NCBI GenBank assembly: GCA_030390025.1
Contig: CM059433.1
Coordinates: 1,302,001-1,366,000 of the forward strand
From: Squalus acanthias
Taxonomy: Eukaryota
DNA length: 64,000 bases
Reading direction: 5' to 3'
Shown: positions 1 to 11,779 of the stretch, in pieces
How positions within the stretch are numbered: position 1 is the stretch's first letter
Layout of the letters: each line of letters begins with the position of its first letter
Translations under genes and position numbers: made by a program
The notes under the pieces: generated by a model
Told to the model about the DNA's origin: nothing
The model's input: the letters and a program-made list of their open reading frames with translations, nothing else
Databases searched by the model: none

Positions 1-85
1 TAACAACCTTCTCAACTTGTCCTGCCACCTTCAGAGATTTATGTCCGTACACCCCCAGGTCTCTCTGTCCCTTTAAAATGGTACC
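1..85 (-). mobile_element. Short degenerate CR1 LINE ORF2 fragment
   Basis: Resembles the reverse complement of the C-terminal ORF2 region (DLGV..HxSLKV) of other CR1 copies in this window; cut by the window edge. Confidence 0.5.
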
Positions 86-605
86 AGTGTCTCTGTCGAT
101 AAAACTGTTTCGGTTACTTCTCTCAGTGCGAAAACGTTATGCTTCGTGATCTTTCATTTTATTGGTCGACCTTATTACACCCCAAGTCACACAAGGGTGA
201 AATGTTACACTTAAATACTGTCAATCAAAGTATAAATTTACAATTCATAATTCATTGATGTTTGGTCCATTCAACAGAAACTTTCTCTTTCCAGTATTTG
301 AAATGATATACTGTTACATTTCCTCAACTCGTTTCCTTTCTGAAAACTCCCTTAGGTAAATTAAAGGTGAAAAGAAATTCACTTTGGGATCATTGTATTA
401 AAATTGCATTTAATTTTCCATATCCAATATTTCTACCCAATTTGAAGGCATGAATTGAAAAATGATAGTCTATATATGGCAGGAGTGAATTTTTAAATCT
501 TTCTTCTTTCAACATGTAGCTTAGAGCGAAGAGGGTGTAAAGAGTGAGAAAACTAATGACTAATCTACTGACAAAGAATCTCAGTGGCTGACTCCAGACA
601 AGTAG

Positions 606-1512
606 AAAAGAAAGACTTGCATTTCTATAGCGCCTTTCACGACCACCGGATGTCTCAAAGTGCTTCACAGCCAATTAAGTACTTTTGGAAGTGGAGTCAC
701 TGTTGTAATGTGGGAAACACGGCAGCCAATTTGCGCACAGCAAGCTCCCACAAACAGCAATGTGATAATGACCACATAATCTGTGTTAGTGATGTTGGTT
801 GAGGGATAAATATTGGCCAGGACACTGGGGAGAACTCCCCTGCTCTTCTTCGAAATAGTGCCATGGAATCTTTTATGTCCACCTGAGAGAGCAGACAGGG
901 CCTCGGTTTAACGTCTCATCCGAAAGATGGCACCTCCGACAGTGCAGCGCTCCCTCAGTACAGCCCCTCCGACAGTGCAACACTCCCTCAGTACTGCCCC
1001 TCCAACAGTGCAGCACTACCTCAGTACTGCCTCTCCGACAGTGCAGCACTCCCTCAGTACTGCCTCTCCGACAGTGCAGCACTACCTCAGTACTGACCCT
1101 CTGACAGTGCAGCACTACCTCAGTACTGCCTCTCCGACAGTGCAGCATTCCCTCAGTACTGACCCTCCGACAGTGCAGCACTCTCTCAGTACTGCCCCTC
1201 CGACAGTGCAGCACTCTCTCAGTACTGACCCTCCGACAGTGCAGCACTACCTCAGTACTGCCTCTCCGACAGTGCAGCACTCCCTCAGTACTGCCTCTCC
1301 GATTGTGCAGCACTACCTCAGTACTGACCCTCTGACAGTGCAGCGCTCCCTCAGTACTGACCCTCCGACAGTGCAGCGCTCCCTCAGTACTGCCCCTCCG
1401 ACAGTGCAGCGCTCCCTCAGTACTGCACTAGACTGTCAGCCGAGATTTTTGTGCTCCAGTCTCTGGCCTCTGACTCAGAGGCGAGTGTGCTACCCGCTGA
1501 GCAACGGCTGAC
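606..1512 (-). mobile_element. tRNA-derived Deu-domain-type SINE (SacSINE1-like) with internal minisatellite expansion
   Basis: Reverse complement of the SINE at 8632-9097: tRNA-like head, core GGATGAGACGTTAAACCGAGG...CCATGGCACTATTTCGAAGAAGAGCAGGGG, tail GGCGCTATAGAAATGCAAGTCTTTC. Family name is from recall. Confidence 0.85.
932..1428. repeat. 33-bp minisatellite, about 15 copies, inside a SINE
   Basis: Unit CCTCCGACAGTGCAGCACTCCCTCAGTACTGCC; present once in other SINE copies (e.g. 2620-2655). Confidence 0.95.
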
Positions 1513-1627
1513 AAGCGGCTGATGAGTTCAAGCATTGCCTGAGTGACCTGACTTCCCACTGATATTTCAGCCCAATGGATCGCAGGTACGGTGCCTGCTA
1601 CTAAAGAGCTGTTGATACAAAATCCTC

Positions 1628-1798
1628 GGAGTAACTTTAACCTAACCGACCCAGCAGGAAGCTGATGGGATCAGATCAGCCGTCCGTTTCTCACCTCGCC
1701 CGAGTTGAAGTCAATGGAAAGTAAAATCGAGTGGTGTAAAACAGGGCAGCTGGTCTGATTCAATCAGTTTCCCAGTGGGCAGTTAGATTAAAATTATC
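1628..1798. mobile_element. Palindromic MITE (Harbinger-like ends)
   Basis: Left GGAGTAACTTTAACCTAAC, right GTTAGATTAAAATTATC; internal imperfect inverted symmetry around TTGAAGTCAATGG. Confidence 0.6.
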
Positions 1799-1850
1799 AG
1801 CCACCACCCCTCCCCCCCAACCCCCCCAAATAACTTGTCTGTTTTTAAGC

Positions 1851-2276
1851 AAGAAAGAAAGTAATTGCATTTATATAGCACCTTTCACAACCTCACATGG
1901 AATGATGGATTTTTGTAGTGTAGTCAAGCTTGTAATGAAGGGAAACGTGGCAGCCAATCTGCACAGTGAAAGGTCCCACAAACAGCAATGCGATAAATGA
2001 CCAGACAATCTGTTTTGCTTGAGGGATAAATGGCCAAGACAGCTCACCTGCTCTTCTTCAAATAGTGGCATGGGATCTTATACACCTACCTGACAGGGCA
2101 GACAGGACCCCGGTTTAAATGTTTCATCTGAAAGACGGAACCTCTGACAATGCAGTACTCCCTCAGTACTGCACATATGTGTCAGTCCAGATGTTGTGCT
2201 CAAGTCTCTATAGGGGGGGCCTTGAAACCCACAACCTTCGGACTCAGAAGCGAGAGTGCTACCACTGAGCCACGGA
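1851..2276 (-). mobile_element. Deu-domain-type SINE, diverged
   Basis: Colinear with the other SINE copies, including the tRNA B-box-like head (rc of CTTGAAACCC) and TTTC tail. Confidence 0.85.
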
Positions 2277-2377
2277 CAACACACTGAAGTACGTTCTAGA
2301 TCCAATAAAGTGTCACAGTGGTACGTTAGTTATTGGGGAGACTTTTATCCAGAAGAACGTACAATTCTAATTTCTCT

Positions 2378-2761
2378 AGCGATGTCCCAATGAATTACTT
2401 TTGAAGTGTAGTCACTGTTGTAGGGAAAAGCAGCAGCCAATTTTCACACAATTCAGATAAATGATCACTTAATCTGCTTATGGTGATGATGTTTGAGGGA
2501 TAAATGGTCAGGGCACTGGGATAACTCCCCTGCTCTTCTTTGAATAGTGCCATGGGATCTTTTACGTCCACCTGAGAGAGCAGATGGGGCCTCGGTTTAA
2601 CCTCTCATCCGAAAGACAGCACCTCCGACAGTGCAGCACTCCCTCAGCACTGCACTGGAGTGTCAGCCTAACTTTATGTGCTCGAGTTCCATGGAGTGGG
2701 ACTTGAACCCACAACCTTCTGACTCAGAGGTGAGTGTGCTACCCACTTAGCCACAGCTGAC
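2378..2761 (-). mobile_element. Deu-domain-type SINE
   Basis: Colinear with the other copies; head ends CCCACTTAGCCACAGCTGAC. Confidence 0.85.
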
Positions 2762-3366
2762 ATGAAACAACATCAGAAGAGCTCATCATTGTGTTTTGTC
2801 TTTGATGCAACACAATGATATCATCTGTAAGTGCTGCTATGATGTTTTCGTGGTGCAAATAAGATTTTTGATTTCTGTGTTTTAAACAGAAGGGAAACAA
2901 GGTTTCTCAGCAACTTCATGGGGATGATGATTTGACGGCTCAGATAAATATATTTACAATGATAACTTATTAATCAACAGTCATAAGCAACCAACCAGAA
3001 TACCCCACTGCTGTTGCGAGACTCCAACTTCTCCTGTCACAAATCATGTTGTCAACACCAGCCAATCAGACAATAGCATTGGAGGTTTGGGACTTCCTCT
3101 TTCTCACTCACAAAGCAGAAAGACATTGCCGTACCTCAGGCAGCGGTCTCACTAACGCAGCCTCCACAATTCCACAGGGGTTGTATTAAAATCGGTACAA
3201 AAGTAGTTGAGGACCATTGATTACCACAGAATACTGATGAATATTATGGGTACAATATTCACAGGCGGTGAATCAATAGAATATCAATATTAATAAAAAC
3301 TTCACCTCATGATTTATATGACATTTATATAGCGTGCAGCTATTTGTGATGGATTTGGAAATACTA

Positions 3367-3517
3367 GAGGTAGATTTTGACTTTACGCGAGTCGGCAGCC
3401 CCGGTTTACACCTCTTCAAATTTTATATCCATTGAAGTCAATGAAAATATAAATGGGGAGGGCTGCCGACTCGTTCTCACCCCTTTTATACCGTCGCACA
3501 ATGTCAAAATCTACCCT
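3367..3517. mobile_element. Palindromic MITE (Harbinger-like)
   Basis: TIRs GAGGTAGATTTTGAC / GTCAAAATCTACCCT; inner inverted repeat CGAGTCGGCAGCCC / GGGCTGCCGACTCG; centre CATTGAAGTCAATG. Confidence 0.75.
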
Positions 3518-3923
3518 TACAGTCTCAAGTGCTGTTTCGCATTTAAAGTATAAAAGTATAGCGTGGCTACTTTCTCAGTCTTTTCCCTGTATTAGTGCTC
3601 AAACATTACTCTTACTGTGTCCGAAAATGCCACCACTCAGATAGATCCTGTTATATGCCATAGGTTGCGATGGCAAAAGGGAGCTGTAGGTCCCCAGCTC
3701 GCACACAACTGCTGTCTGCCAGGAGAAGACTGGGGCAGAGTAACAGTTTGAATACAGAGGACGCACAGCCTTCCCGGGATCTGCTCCTGCAACAAATCAC
3801 TTATATTACAAATCTTATTGCAACATCGCGCTCTTCGTCCGATTGGGACTTTGACTGAAACTGTTTCCAAAAGTGAGAGTCGATGGGAAGCAGGAAATGT
3901 TTAAAAGGATTGACAGAAATATT

Positions 3924-4285
3924 GGGGCTGATTTTAACACCCTTGGCCTAGCGTAAGCGAAGTGGTAGCAGCCTGGAAATGGCGCTGTGTCACTTACTGC
4001 CCCCTTTACGCTGCCTCGCCAGCCACAGCCCTCTTGGCGTTGGTCTTGGCACGGACAGGCAAAGCAGCCACTTGTTTCAGGCAGGAAGCTACTTATAACA
4101 TGCAAATCGGGGTTCAATGACGTACAAATGGTGGAGCCGTGACGCACATGTTCTGCCCATTTGTCGTGGACGGTGAGCGGCCCATCCAGCCGCCCTTAAA
4201 GGGACCGAAAGGCGATACAAAAAGGCCCACAAACTGATTTTTATTTGGCGGCGCCTGTTCTCTGCTGGTGGTTATAATCGGCTCT
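3924..4285. mobile_element. Non-autonomous Harbinger-like element
   Basis: Imperfect TIRs GGGGCTGATTTTAACACC / GGTGGTTATAATCGGCTCT; ATT flanks both ends (3-bp TSD). Confidence 0.6.
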
Positions 4286-5079
4286 ATTAAGTTTTTATAA
4301 TTTTATTTTCAAAAGGAGGAAAGGTGGACAAACATAAAGCTAATCCTTCCTGTCACGAAGATTCCAAACAGGATTTGCTTTCCCTTTTTCCTCTCCTGAA
4401 AGTGCTGACTCAAGGGCCGAGAAATTTGATTGCGCCCGAAAATGGGCGTGCAGGGGACGGGGGCTGCACACGCGTACTCATGTGGACCAAGTTAAACTGG
4501 TGCTGCCCGCTCATCGTCACGACTCAGGGGTGCAGCCAGTGCCACTATGCTGCCCATTGGCAGCTCGCTTGTTTGGGGGGTGGAGGGGAGGAAGGAAATC
4601 CGGCTTCACTGACACCACTTAAAACACCCAGCAGCTCTTAAAGGGGCGGTGCACCTCTGGCTGCAGACAGCAGGAAATGCTTCTGGAGAACAAAGTGGCT
4701 GCAAGACCTGCAAATCAGGCCCCCAGGTTTTTCAGTGCTGCTTTGGAGGCCCTGGTCCAGGCAGTGGATAGGAGGAGGGAAATTGTGATCCCTGGGGGGC
4801 AGCACGACCTCCAGGCGACACTTCCGCCACCAGTGGGAAAAGGTTACAGAGGAGGTCAATGCCAGGAGGTTAGCTCCCAGGACATGGCTGCAGTGCTGCA
4901 AAAGGTTCAATGGCCTCACCAGCGTTGTCACGGTAAGATTCCTAGCTCTCAACTTTCTAACTCTCTGCTCACACCTGCACCACCTCCACTACTCGCATTA
5001 CCCCCCTCCCCCCGCTTCCCTTCACTATCCGACAATCACGGCACCACACGTCACCCCCACCTCCTTCTCCTCCTGTGGT

Positions 5080-5535
5080 GTCACCTGTGGTCCAATGGCA
5101 GAGCTCTCGCCTCCGAGTCAGCTGATCACGGGCTCCAATCAGAGACTTGAGCACAGAATCTAGGCTGGCACTTCAGTGCAGTGCTGAGGGAGTGCTGCAC
5201 TGTCGGAGGTGCCGTCTTTCGGATGAGACGTTAAACCAAGGCTCCGTCTGCTCTCTCAGGTGGATGTAAAGGATCCCATGGCACTATTTTGAAGAAGAGC
5301 AGGGGAGTTCTCCCTGGTGTCCTGGGGCCAATATTTATCCCTCAACAAACATCACTAAAACAGATTATCTGGTCAATATCTCATTGCTGTTTGTGGGAGC
5401 TTGCTGTGCGCAAATTGTCTGCCGCGTTTCCCACATTACAACAGTGACCACACTTCAAAAAGTACTTCATTGTAAAGCGCACATAGGGATGTCCTGAGGT
5501 TGTGAAAGGCGCTATATAAATGCAAGCTATTTCTT
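5080..5535 (+). mobile_element. Deu-domain-type SINE in the Harbinger intron
   Basis: Full colinear copy ending GGCGCTATATAAATGCAAG. Confidence 0.88.
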
Positions 5536-5764
5536 TTACTCATAAACTCTGTACCTCTGACTGTCACCACTATTGCAACCGTCACTTCCCCACACTTCAC
5601 ATCTTGCACACAACATTTGTACTATTCGACCATGACAGGCACATTCTCTAAACACCTCAGAAGGATGTCACGAACACACTCCCTTCTTTCCTACAGGAGA
5701 AGGTTGCGCACAACATCCAACATGAAGCGACAACCAGAGGAGGTCTCCATTTATCCGCCTTTGA

Positions 5765-6500
5765 CCCGTAGCCCTTGATACCCTTACCTAATGAAAAGCG
5801 ATCACAGTCTTGAAAATTTCAATTGACCCGCAGCATCCACAGCCTTCTGGAGGAGAGAATTCCAGTTTTCAACGACCCTTTGTGTAACAAAATGTTCCCC
5901 GATTTCTCTCCTAAAAGGCCGAGCTCTCATTTTAAGATTATATCCCCTCCTTCTGGACCCCCCCCCCTGAGGAAATAGCTTCTCAGTTTCTACCCGATAA
6001 AATCCTTTTGTCATTTTAAACATGTCAATCAAATAACCTCTCAACCGTCTAAACTCAAGGGAATACAAGCCACGGTTATGCAACTTGTCCTCATAACTTA
6101 ACTCTTCAAGCCCCGGTATCATGCTGGTGACTGTGTGCCGTACCCCCCTCCACCCCCCCCCCCGCCCCCCGGTATCATGCTGGTGTGTGCCGTACCTCCC
6201 CCCCACCCCCGGTATCAGGCTGGTGACTGTGTGCCGTACCCCCTCCCCCCGGTATCATGCTGATGTGTGCCGTACCCCCTCCCCCCGGTATCATGCTGGT
6301 GTGTGCCGTACCCCCTCCCCCCGGTATCATGCTGGTGTGTGCCGTACCCCCTCCCCCCGGTATCTTGCCGGTGTGTGCCGTACCCCCTCCCCCCCGGTAT
6401 CATGCCGGTGTGTGCCGTACCCCCTCCCCCCGGTATCATGCCGGTGTGTGCCGTATCTCCTCCAAGGCCAGTACATCCTTCCTCAGCTGCAGTGACCAGG
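5765..6500 (-). mobile_element. CR1 ORF2 C-terminal fragment containing a minisatellite
   Basis: MIPGLEELSYEDKL..GLYSLEFRRLRG..HFVTQRVVENWNSL matches the CR1 C-terminus at 15133-15894. Confidence 0.85.
6111..6455. repeat. About 36-bp C-rich minisatellite
   Basis: Unit CCCCCCGGTATCATGCTGGTGTGTGCCGTACCCCCT, about 9 copies. Confidence 0.93.
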
Positions 6501-7530
6501 GACATCGCACAGGGTTTCTTCAGAACTGTATCCTCTTTTTTCCATCTTACTTCTATCTCACCCTACACACTCTGCATGACAAAGCGCAGTTGCTTTCACC
6601 AGCCATTTATCTCTCTTTGCTCTCCCTTCACACTAAAAGCCAACCCTTGTCCCGCTCTTTCATTTCAGATGCTGAAAATGTCGACGTCTCTATGTCACTT
6701 CAGGAAAAGGAGGCCAGACTTGCTGAAAATGCAGTTTCACTTAATCTGAGCCTAACAAGCACAAGCTCAGAGACTGACGTGTAGAATTCAACTCCCAAGC
6801 TGTAGCCACTGGGGAAACACCTCGGAGGAGCACTTGGATAGGTAAATGAGCACAGAAGACAGGCACTAAGGTTGATTTTTAACTTGATTCCAGTTAAATA
6901 TTATACATAGATAGAATTGATTTGTTGGATTATTTTATTTATTTCTGCATTAGGTGTAGTTGTTAATATTTTGAGTGAATTGAGGGCAAGACCCATAAGG
7001 CTGGGCTGAAGGAAGCCAATAGGATGGTGGTGTTGAGGATTGCAGGACTCTGGGTGATTGGTGATGAAAGGGATGGGTCACGTCTTGTGCTCTCTGAGAG
7101 CTCTGGTAGTTAGTCGTGGTCAATGCCTCTCCTGCTCTTCCGCCTCTTCATGCTGTCCCTCCTCCTCCTCTTCCCCCTCCTGCTGCACTTCTTGTTGCCC
7201 AGTTGGTGCTAAGGGCTAATCCCTCATTATTACAAAGTTATGCAGCAGCAAAATCTGGAAACGCAGTCAGGGCTGTTCTGCAAAGGTCCCCCCAAACAGT
7301 CCAGGCAGCGGAAGTGTTTCTCGAGCACTTTCAATTGTCTGCTCGATTATGTTTCTTATGGCGGCACGGCTCTCGTAGGCCAGCTCTGTTGCTGTGTCCT
7401 TGTTCCTGACAAGAGTCATGAGCTATGTCTGAAGGGGATAACCTGTGTCATCCAATAGCCAGCCTGTGACATGACGGCTTGGTTCGAATAAATGCAGCAC
7501 GGAAGACTATCGCAGCATGAATGAATAATG

Positions 7531-7993
7531 AGAAGTTTAAAGTTTTTACTTTTTTTAACTGGAAATCACATCTGTGAACAAGCCAACGACGACTCGAGGA
7601 AAAAATAAGTATAAAGTTTAAAGTTTATGGTTTTCCATACAGACTGCAGCATTTGACACATTAGACCCCCTGTGACCCCACCTCATTGTCTTAGTTGTAT
7701 TTTGCTATGTCTTTGATATAATGTCTTCCTGACTGATCTGATTGTCTCTCTGCCAAGGTGTGATAAAAGGCAGTCAGATAGATTAACTGTAGTCGTCTGA
7801 CATTGTACGCTACACAGGCATTGTTCTCTGTCTATATATGCTTTGCCGATTCGTATTCCTTCACTTCACCTGACGAAGGAGCAGCAGCTCCGAAAGCTTG
7901 TGATTTCAAATAAAACTATTGGACTATAACCTGGTGTTGTGCGACTTCTCACTTTTGTCCACCCCAGTCCAACACCGGCATCTCCGCATCATG
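7531..7993 (+). mobile_element. Penelope-like element terminal (pLTR/3') fragment
   Basis: Flanked by a 10-bp direct repeat ATGAATAATG (7521-7530, 7994-8003); contains a hammerhead motif followed by AATAAA. Family assignment is inferred from that motif. Confidence 0.7.
7866..7903 (+). ncRNA. Minimal type I hammerhead ribozyme
   Basis: TCAC-CTGACGA-A-GGAGC(AGCA)GCTCC-GAAA-GCTT-GTGA: both conserved cores, stem II, palindromic AGCT stem III, stem I TCAC/GTGA. Confidence 0.75.
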
Positions 7994-8631
7994 ATGAATA
8001 ATGCCTGCTGCCAGGAAATTGGCCACAGACCTTCATGTTGCACTGCTTGTGGTCGCAAACAAGCTGGACATTGAGGAAGTGGAATCACTGGCCATTAAGA
8101 AAGATGTGGAGAGGGTGATGAGCAGCATGTAAGGCAATGTGGATACAGTCTGTGCCACCTTGGACCCTGTGAAAGTCTGCAATGCATGCGATGCCGTCTC
8201 CTCCTGCTTCACTCTGAAAACCCGCTTTGTGTTTGGTCACCGGCGCAGTGCTCTTCTCCTCCCTCTTGTCCCAGCTGCTCCTGCTCTCTCCTGTCTTCTT
8301 GACTGCTGCCCCTTTTCCTCCAACCCCAAAGACAGACCGACCACCCATGACTGCAATAAAACTTTTCTGAAGGCAAACAAAATCAGTCCAGCTCCAGTAA
8401 AATGTTGTTAGCAGAAGGTCACAAATCGGTTATAGAAGGCAGAAAATAGGCAAAAAAAATTCCAAATGTTAACCAGCAGCCTAAATGAGCCCTTTAAATA
8501 GCGCTGCTGAAGAATTCTTTCCTGCCTATTCGTCCCACTAGTTGCTGAGCAAGTTTATCACTTGACAAGTCAGGCGCCGGGACAGCCCAATTTCACAAAA
8601 AGGTCCTACAACATGCGTAGAACCCTTATTT

Positions 8632-9097
8632 GTCAGCCGTGGCTCAGTGGGCAGCACACTTGCTTCTGTGTCATAAGGTTGCGGGTTCAAGTCCCACTCC
8701 AGGGACTTGAGCACATAAAGTTAGGCTGACACTGCAGTGCAGTGCTGAGGGAGTGCTGCACTGTCGGAGGTGCCGTCTTTCGGAAGAGACATTAAACTGA
8801 GGCGATGTCTGCTCTCTCAGGTAGACGTAAAAGCTCTTATTTCAAAAAAGAGCAGGGGGTTATCCCCAGTGTCCTGGAGCCAATATTTATCCCTCAATCA
8901 ACATCATTAAAACAGATTATCTGGTCATTATCACATTGCTGTTTGTGGGAGCTTGCTGTGCGCATATTTGGCTGCCGTGTTTCCCACATTACAACAGTGA
9001 CTGCACTTCAAAAGTACTTCATTGGCTGTAAAGCACTCTGGGATGTCCTGAGGTTGTGAAAGGGGCTATATAAATGCAAGTCTTTCTTTCTTTCTTT
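8632..9097 (+). mobile_element. Deu-domain-type SINE, full length
   Basis: A box TGGCTCAGTGG, B box GGTTCAAGTCC, (TTTC)n tail, CTTATT(T) on both flanks. Confidence 0.9.
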
Positions 9098-10220
9098 CTT
9101 ATTTAGATATTATAATGAAGCATTTTAATTCTTCTGGTGAACCTACTGAGGAGCCTGATCCCATATGGTGGGGGACGCATTATGCAAAGGGACTGACGCC
9201 TGCTTCAGCCATGGGGAAAGGACGTTTCTTGTTTGTTCTTACCTAACATGGCGAGCGGCACATTTTGGCCAGAAGTGTACACCCGCTTCCTGCCTGCCAT
9301 TTTTGAGCCTTAGGTGTCTGTGCAATTTAAGGCCATATACTGTTAAAGGATGGAGGGCAGGTTAAGAAAAAATAATTATAAGGCAAATGGGACTGTGAAA
9401 GAATTTGAGGTGATAAACAATGAAAGGAAGATTGTTTCAAATAAAAAGAAAAATTACAAATCTCATAAAACCAGGAATTGCTAGAAATGCATCCGTAAGG
9501 AGGAAAGATAGATTATGAAGTTTCAGGTTGGTGCCATTGATGAAGGGTATACATGTGAATTTACAAGGTATCTCCAGACAAGGTAGACTGAATAAGAAAG
9601 TTCTACTGCAAAGGGATAGAACGGGAACTGATCCAGGACACATTCCACTTTCAGTGCGTAGGCAGCACCAAGCTCAGATGGAAATACCAGCACTGTGTCT
9701 ACAGTAAGGTTTATCTTTGCTGCTTGGTGAAGCATAGAGTAAACTATTAGCAAGACTTGTGCAACAGCTCAACAGCTAGCTCACGAGGCCAGAACTGTAT
9801 TTACCAGAAAAAATGACTGTGGGCTGACAGCAAAGTCTTCAGTTGTATCCAGAACATCCGTGACCATATTTGGTTCTTAACTTCCCCTCAGGCACTATTA
9901 TGATATTGACATATATTACCTTCCGTTTAGTTAATACGGTGGCATGGTTGGCTAGCAACAAGAATTATGAACTCATCGTTGCCATGAAGTGAATCATTCA
10001 TTGCTGTTGTGATAGATTTTCATCTGTGACTTTTCAGAGGTGTGAAAATTTAGACCATACGACATCTAACATCCCATAGCCTGCTGGGAATTCTGGCAGC
10101 TGCTCTGTGCCCAGTGGAAATGTTAGAAGGAGGAGTTTCCTCACACCCCCACACCAATTTCATTTTATTTCCTCTTCAGCCTACAACCCATTTCCTTGAC
10201 CAAGAATCTGAGTATATAAC

Positions 10221-11714
10221 CTACCCCCAGAGCATCTACCCCCAGAGCATCTACCCCCAGAGCATCTACCTCCAGAGCATCTACCCCCAGAGCATCTACC
10301 TCCAGAGCATTTACCTCCAGAGCATTTACCCCCAGAGAACCTACCTCCAGAGCATCTACCCCCAGAGCATCTACTTCCAGAGCATCTACCCCCAGAGCAT
10401 CTACCCCCAGAGCATCTACCCCCAGAGCATCTACCTCCAGAGCATCTACCCCCAGAGCATCTACCCCCAGAGCATCTACCCCCAGAGCATCTACCTCCAG
10501 AGCATCTACCTCCAGAGCATCTACCCCCAGAGCATCTACCTCCAGAGCATCTACCCCCAGAGCATCTACCTCCAGAGCATCTACCTCCAGAGCATCTACC
10601 TCCAGAGAATTTACCTCCAGAGCATCTACCTCCAGAGCATCTACCTCCAGAGCATCTACCTCCAGAGCATCTACCCCCAGAGCATCTACCTCCAGAGCAT
10701 CTACCTCCAGAGCATCTACCCCCAGAGCATCTACCCCCAGAGCATCTACCCCCAGAGCATCTACCTCCAGAGCATCTACCTCCAGAGCATTTACCTCCAG
10801 AGCATCTACCTCCAGAGCATCTACCTCCAGAGCATCTACCCCCAGAGCATCTACCCCCAGAGCATCTACCCCCAGAGCATCTACCTCCAGAGCATCTACC
10901 CCCAGAGCATCTACCTCCAGAGCATCTACCCCCAGAGCATCTACCTCCAGAGCATCCAGCTCCAGAGCATCTACCTCCAGAGCATTTACCTCCAGAGCAT
11001 CTACCTCCAGAGCATCTACCTCCAGAGCATCTACCTCCAGAGCATCTACCCCCAGAGCATCTACCTCCAGAGCATCTACCTCCAGAGCATCTACCTCCAG
11101 AGAACCTAATTCCAGAGCATTTACCTCCAGAGCATCTACCTCCAGAGCATCTACCCCCAGAGAACCTACCTCCAGAGCATCTACCTCCAGAGCATCTACC
11201 TCCAGAGAACCTACCTCCAGAGCATCTACCCCCAGAGCATCTACCTCCAGAGTGTCTACCCCAGAGCATCTACCTCCAGAGTATCTACCCCAGAGCATCT
11301 ACCTCCAGAGCATCTACCCCCAGAGCATCTACCTCCAGAGCATCTACCTCCAGAGCATCTACCTCCAGAGCATCTACCTCCAGAACATCTACCTCCAGAG
11401 AACCTACCTCCAGAGCATCTACCCCCAGAGCATCTACCTCCAGAGCATCTACCTCCAGAGCATCTACCTCCAGAGAACCTACCTCCAGAGAACCTACCTC
11501 CAGAGAACCTACCTCCAGAGCATCTACCTCCAGAGAACCTACCTCCAGAGCATCTACCCCCAGAGCATCTACCTCCAGAGCATCTACCCCCAGAGCATCT
11601 ACCTCCAGAGAACCTAGCTCCAGAGTATCTACCCCAGAGCATCTACCTCCAGAGAACCTACCTCCAGAGCATCTACCTCCAGAGCATCTACCTCCAGAGA
11701 ACCTACCTCCAGAG
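10221..11714. repeat. 15-bp minisatellite, about 100 copies
   Basis: Unit CCAGAGCATCTACC(C/T) with few variants. Confidence 0.97.
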
Positions 11715-11779
11715 CTCCGCCAATTCCAATACATGCTGAGATCAGCATGGGGGACTCACGCTACGATTTTCTCCCCTCC

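Larger units (their letters stand above)
4677..6830 (+). pseudogene. Harbinger Myb/SANT-like gene remnant, 3 exons
   Basis: APRFFSAALEALVQAVDRRRE and CCKRFNGLTSVVT followed by GTAAG (4933); acceptor CTACAG then EKVAHN (5697); acceptor TTTCAG then AT (6669). Same layout as the intact gene at 52524-50648; frameshifted. Confidence 0.7.
7080..8348 (-). pseudogene. HARBI1-like Harbinger transposase remnant
   Basis: Motif remnants NVQLVCD, FPGSRHYSFMLR (split by an insertion), IEQTI, FRCLD and an acidic tail, matching the transposase at 49193-50353; internal deletion and frameshifts. Confidence 0.75.
4415..9334. mobile_element. Decayed PIF/Harbinger transposon with nested insertions
   Basis: Myb/SANT remnant on + and DDE transposase remnant on -, convergent as in the intact copy; imperfect ends GGCCGAGAAATT / AATTTAAGGCC. 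Boundaries approximate. Confidence 0.75.

Noticed and set aside
873..1511. Mucin-like or Cys/Arg-repeat ORFs
   Set aside because: 33-bp SINE-derived minisatellite.
3637..3870. Short ORFs in unique sequence (also 9523-9753, 20517-20867) as host exons
   Set aside because: No recognisable protein similarity or consistent splice-site pairs.
8632..8705. tRNA gene
   Set aside because: A and B boxes belong to the SINE head, which continues into the SINE body.
10114..11734. Long repetitive ORFs resembling keratin-associated or structural proteins
   Set aside because: Product of a stop-free 15-bp unit, open on both strands, with frame-breaking deletions.
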